From: Tubulanus polymorphus
Taxonomy: Eukaryota > Animalia > Nemertea
Direction of reading: 5' to 3'
Length of the DNA stretch: 64,000 nt
NCBI RefSeq assembly: GCF_964204645.1
Contig: NC_134025.1
Location: 1,178,001 to 1,242,000, forward strand
In this document: in pieces, positions 58,553 through 64,000 of the stretch
How positions within the stretch are numbered: position 1 is the first letter of the stretch
Layout of the letters: each line of letters begins with the position of its first letter
Notes under the pieces: model-generated
Database searches by the model: none
Told to the model about the DNA's origin: nothing
The model's input: the letters and a program-made list of their open reading frames with translations, nothing else
Position numbers and translations under genes: made by a program

Positions 58553-58941
58553 AGTAGTGCGCGTTTCATGATTTCTGTCACGTCACGAATCTACGCCGCG
58601 ATAGAGAGACAGAATAAGAAAGGCAGAGAAAGATGGAGAGAGGAGAGAGGGAGAGGAGAGAGGAGAGAGGGGGAGATAATCAAACGCTGCAGACAAGACG
58701 CCTTCTGAGATTCCCCGTCCTACAAAGCGCACACAAAATTTCTTTTTATCACTTCAGCTTTGATCAGTAAGAGCTGAAATTCAAAGCACCACAAACGACC
58801 TTCACGAACCATCAGACAACGATCTGTGATTTCACAGGTAAACAATATCAATCTCTCTCAATCTGAATTTTTACTTCAATACGTATCTTTGAAAAAGGTC
58901 TTTATTTACATTCCCGCACGACGTGGACTAATCTTTGTTAG

Positions 58942-59238
58942 ATCTATGCAAAAAACTAAGATTCGATAGACAAGTGAAGTTACTGTCTACCATTAATTCA
59001 ACTGAAGAAATATCATATTATAGTATTGTTTGTGACAACTGCTTTTGCATAATTAAACAGTTGCTCATAGAACTGAGTCGAAACGTCAAAACTCTTTTAG
59101 TTTTTCTTCATAATTGTCGATTTCTTCAACATGATAGATTCTCATATATCCAACTGATTATCAAAAATTCCGGATGTGAAATGTCCAGCTATAAACTGAA
59201 GACTGTCGCCCTTTTAACTCCTACTATCAGTGAATTCT
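58942..59238 (+). CDS. Candidate internal exon of an unidentified gene (297 nt, phase 1-1)
   Basis: CTAAT branch-like motif plus TTTGTTAG acceptor, GTGAGT donor, 99 open codons in AT-rich DNA; no recognisable domain. Confidence 0.35.
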
Positions 59239-62040
59239 GTGAGTGAATTTGATGGATTGTTAGATATGCCGTGAAGCGGAGAAATCACTCATATTTATTC
59301 ATTTCTTGCCACTTTACTTATTCTTATACCATCGATCAAATATGTGGACACATTCACCGGATGGAATAGAAGAAAACACGAGGAACGTCCTTTAGACTGA
59401 TAGTTCACTGATAATGGCTACGGTTGAGAAGGAACCAGTGAAGGGAAATTACTCCAATAAGATATCACATTTAACAGTAGTTATACGCCTCTGTGAAAAG
59501 GGAAGAGAAAATTGCGTGATTCTCTTTTGTTGAAAACCGTGATTGACTATGAAGCGCAGGAGGGAGAAGAGAGAGAGAGGTTTAGGGTTAGAATCAGAGA
59601 GTTCGTTCGTGACTACACGTGGAAATAAAACCTTTCAGTAAAACCTTCTTCAAATATCATCGATTCGGCAATTTCAAGTCAATCGCGTGTGAACGAATCG
59701 ACATTGGCGATATAGATCTTAACAGACTGAAACTAGTAGAAATAGAAAAGATGTTTTTTATAAATCAGTCTTCTAGGAACGGAGTGTAACGTCTATTTCA
59801 GTAATCCTTCAGTTCCGGACTTAGTCCGCCTACATTAGACTCAATGCTATAGCTTTCCTTCCTGGGGATGTTCCTCATTATACCGTTGAGGAGACATTTT
59901 CACATTTTTTTCTACAACGACCTTAAGATATTTCATTCTGTTTTGCGACGAGAACGCACGCACGTATTGTGGAATCACTGATCTAACAACAACAGATATA
60001 CGGCTACATTAGTAAGACTTCAGATTTATCTGTTAGTGTCATATTAGTTATAGAACCCAACACACAGAAATATTAGTACCTGCTGTCGTCACTCGACGGT
60101 TAGCCACGATATTGATGACGTAGTGCACATCCTCCCAAATCAATGTATATAAATAAAGAGTGTCTTACGGCGTAAAAAATCGTCAAATCGTCAATCGGTG
60201 TTCTTAGTAAATGTATGAAACATGCATCCTATATCTAGAGGCTAAAGGACGAAAATATTTCCTGTCTGAAATTCATGATACGCGGCATTTTTCGAAATGT
60301 GCGTTTCGTTTCTCCGCAGTTGGAAAAACAATTTCATACGCGAAAAAGGAAAAAAATAATGATTTACGAATGTTGTTTCAACGAGTTGTGCATAAAACGT
60401 GATTTGCATAGTGAAGCGATGAGAAAATGAGCCGTGATCTATTCCGCATCTGATTTAACCGTCAGAGTTCATGATTTGAGAGCGAGAAGATTTGAGCAGC
60501 TGAAGCCGCAATAACAGGTTTATACATAGGGTGTGCGAAGATGTCTTCAGTCGTCGTGGAACTAACTATATTGATGAGCTTTACGCGTTGACATGAATTA
60601 CTGGAAAACTGTTTAACGATGATAGAAAACAGCGAGTGGCATGCGAATGGTCTGAAGATGTGTCGTGCTAGGCAGTATGTGTACAGACCAGTTCGTTAAT
60701 GATGCTAAAGCTTAGGAAGTAGAAAATACGGGAGGTCACGCTGTTTCACAGTCGCCAGGTCATTTACACGGCTAACTCTCTCCCACTTTCTAAAGTAATT
60801 AAACTGCAATGAAGCTACCTATGACGGAAGTTAAGAAATGTAGCTATGGCAGCCGCACGTTCCTTTTAATAATCAGTAACGGAAACTAAATCGAACTACT
60901 GTTCTTCCGGTCTTAATGTATCCACGGTTTCGATAGAGAACACGCTAAAGTCAATGTTAGCTCAGCGGGTGCATTTATTATATCAAATATTCATTCACAA
61001 GCGAACGAGAAAAAGCATTACTCCAGCTTAGAAAAGTGTCGGGAAGAAGAAACTGCGCGAGCTCTCTTTACTCCGATCGAAATCTCATGTTTAATCATTT
61101 GTAGACTATTCGTGCTACTCCTGCTCTGGAATAATTATTAGTGGGTTTATGTATCATGAAGTCCGATTGATTCGTATTATACTCGAAACAGTAACGGCCA
61201 GAGACTTATAACTAATTCATATCGGGGAATTAATTAAGTTTTGATGGCAATGGCCGCAAATGGAGGCAGCGATTACAACCAATATTAAAACTCCGATAAT
61301 CGATGATATGTAGTTCATAAATAGTTCAAATCGCTCCCATTTTATGGAATCTCAATAAAATCTTTAGATTTAAAATTCGAAATGTTTATAAACCGATAAT
61401 TTATGGAGTACTAGAAAAATTTGACGAACGAAACAAAATCATTGGAAAATGTCAAACACGTTTTGCTGTAGGTGCAGTGCAGTCTCATTCATAGGTTCCA
61501 GTCCCAATAGATCTGATTTTTCTGCCTTCTCCAAAAAAGCTTTTCTATTGAAAATGTCCCGAACAGTTAGCACTTCATCAAACCTTTCGTCGTTTCAAAA
61601 TGGCTTTTGTCGTTCGCTATTATTCAATCAAGAAATGAAATTCGGTTTTGCTCCTTTCTGGGCCAACTTCCTTTAAAACCTAATGGATTCACCCGCAATC
61701 AATGGTCGCTCAGGGATTCAACAGCACAGTCGGTTATTATTGTCATCTTCCACAGGGAAACTTCATCAGAAAATTGAACTTCTCACCGCCGAGGAGTAAT
61801 ATATTTTTCTAGGACGTCAGAGAAAAGATAACGTGGAAGTTAAAGGTGAAAGTGATACAAGAAGAAATATTGGTATTTACGCTACCACCCAGTTCCACTG
61901 GGCTCAGTTCCACAATCCTGGACCCAGTTCCAACGTCTTGGATCCAAAGTGCTGGGCCCAAAGTACTGGAACCGTTGTCCTGAACGATGAAACACGTCGG
62001 GTATAAATGTTCATTTTCCTATGTTTTCCTGTAATTGCAG

Positions 62041-62168
62041 CTGATTTACATGCAGTTGGAAACCAAACTGAATTATTGATGTTTATGATACTCAGTGATC
62101 TAATGCGAGAATATTTTCAAACGGAAATAAAAGAGGCGATACAGTATTCTAACGCCATTAATTCATGG
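62041..62168 (+). CDS. Candidate exon of an unidentified gene, 3' boundary uncertain
   Basis: Strong acceptor TTTTCCTATGTTTTCCTGTAATTGCAG; phase-1 open frame DLHAVGNQTELLMFMILSDLMREYFQTEIKEAIQYSNAINSW. Confidence 0.3.
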
Positions 62169-63259
62169 GTATTAAATATCTGTAACCGGGCTATAACTCA
62201 TTACATCGCCATAATTGAATGGCGTAGCGGGGCTGATCCGATTCGACGAGGTTGCCACCACTGCGGGGGACGCGCGCGCGATTCGTGGTGTCGCAAACCT
62301 AATGGTTAACATTCTTCCTATTTCAAAAAACAGATCTATTCGTGAATTTCTGCCATCTTTGAAAAAGCATTCTATCGAAAATGTCCCGAACTAGAAGCAC
62401 TTCATCATCCTTCCAGCCGTTCTCATTTAGCCTTTCGTACGCCATTATTCAATCAAGAAATAAAATTCCACTTTCCTCCTGTCTGGGCAAACTTCCTCGA
62501 TGTGACGATGCAGGATGTATCAGTTACACATTTCTAGATGTATCGACCTAATGCGTAGGAGTCGCACATTTCCACATATATATTTCGATAAACCTTCATA
62601 CGGTTTATTTTTATCATATAATTGCGATAATTTCGGCCTCTCCCCCATTTTATATATAGTTAACTATATTCATAAAAGAATCTGTTAAAAAGGAGATAAA
62701 CGATAAAGATATATTATTATTACTATTATTATTATTATTATCATAAGAATCATCATCATTATCATTAACACTATCATTATCATTATCATGATTTAGATTT
62801 TTAGATAACTATTTTCCCGAAAAAGCGTCGATTTGCGTGGAGATAAATTACTATTGTACAATGACATTCTCTATAAAATATCTCTAAAAATAGACTTTAA
62901 TCTATTTCGCCCAAATGATAATATCCGGTGGCTATTTGTGGTGGCTATTTCTAGAAAATGAAGTTTTATGTAAAGGTTTCAAATTTCTACTCCGTTGGGA
63001 AAGTAAATTTTCTAGAGAAACAACATACATGTACATAATGTAAACCCGGTGGTATTAATGAAAATATTATGTTTTAGATTTTAATCGTGTCTTTTTAGAT
63101 GAAGAATAACTGAATCATAAATGAGCTTTTAAATAATTGGATCAAAATGATTACAGATTGAATTTCTTTAGAAATGACGCAGCGTGATTATTATTAAACA
63201 TGTTAAATAAATATGAAAATCTACGACCGTTCTAATTCGGTGACCGGTCGTTGTCAACT

Positions 63260-63280
63260 GTCTCTGTGGCGCAATCGGAC

Positions 63281-63326
<46 letters not shown>

Positions 63327-63333
63327 AGGGACG
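63260..63333 (+). tRNA. tRNA-Asn (anticodon GTT), identical second copy
   Basis: Identical to 50185-50258; TTTTT terminator ~14 nt downstream. Confidence 0.96.
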
Positions 63334-64000
63334 AGGCAAGACTTACTTTTTGTTAAAAAAGATTAATAAACCATTGTGTATTAGTCGCGTATATACAGAA
63401 ACATGAATGATGTAGAACTGTATGACGTGGAACCCTTAGAATAATCGCCTTTCTCTGACTCAATATTCTATTACCAAATCTGAGGACTGTTGAGATTTGG
63501 GAAAATCAATTATCCTCAAGTCAAGAATCTAAACTGTGTATGAAGTGATTTGGACTTGTGACATGGAGAGAGATTTGTCTCAGAGATGGAGGGAACCAGA
63601 GATCCAATGTGAGATATAACGGGGATCAATTTGCACATAGTTTGACGGGATTCCATGTTCTTCTCTTGTTTCGACTGAAGCCGATACTAAACTCTTAATA
63701 CATTAAGCTTGATTGCTCATTAACTTCCTCAGTCTATCTCTCTAATCACTGATATCAACCTAGTGTCCGTCCGATAAACAGCCCTTGTCCTTGGTAAATG
63801 CGTTAATAAATTCTGTTATCGACGGAATACGTGCGCTGGACGAAAAATGCCCAACGGACCCATAAATCTATAAAATAATGCATGGGCGGTCGATGTGGGC
63901 CGTATATTTATTGGTAAACTTGGTGATATGTCTTATAATTCTTTTTGTTTGACTATCAACAACGTTATTATTACATCGACTCCATTTCCAGACGCACAAA

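Noticed and set aside
57937-58581. 214-aa Ser/His/Leu-rich ORF
   Set aside because: Translation of the 28-bp minisatellite cycling through frames
59579-59592. TTAGGGTTAG telomere-like motif
   Set aside because: Fewer than two units; expected by chance

Overview
AT-rich, intron-containing animal genomic DNA, most likely a marine spiralian invertebrate (inferred, not proven). There is no prokaryotic gene organisation. 1-12 kb is a composite block of several related tandem-repeat arrays, followed by a run of repeated exon/intron-like cassettes with no ORF. 13.2-13.8 kb is a tandem array of tRNA-like (B-box) units. 14.4-18.1 kb is a complete 7-exon ZFYVE21 gene (244 aa) with MITEs in its introns and putative 3' UTR. 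21.2-23.1 kb holds a polyQ-containing ORF pair inside a possible transposon. 30.5-32.5 kb holds two minus-strand exons of an 8-Cys agatoxin-like/knottin peptide precursor whose signal-peptide exon I could not locate. The rest is mostly intergenic or intronic: two identical tRNA-Asn(GTT) genes, Penelope-type hammerhead remnants, MITEs, minisatellites and a few unassigned candidate exons. All coordinates and alignments were done by eye; no database search was run.
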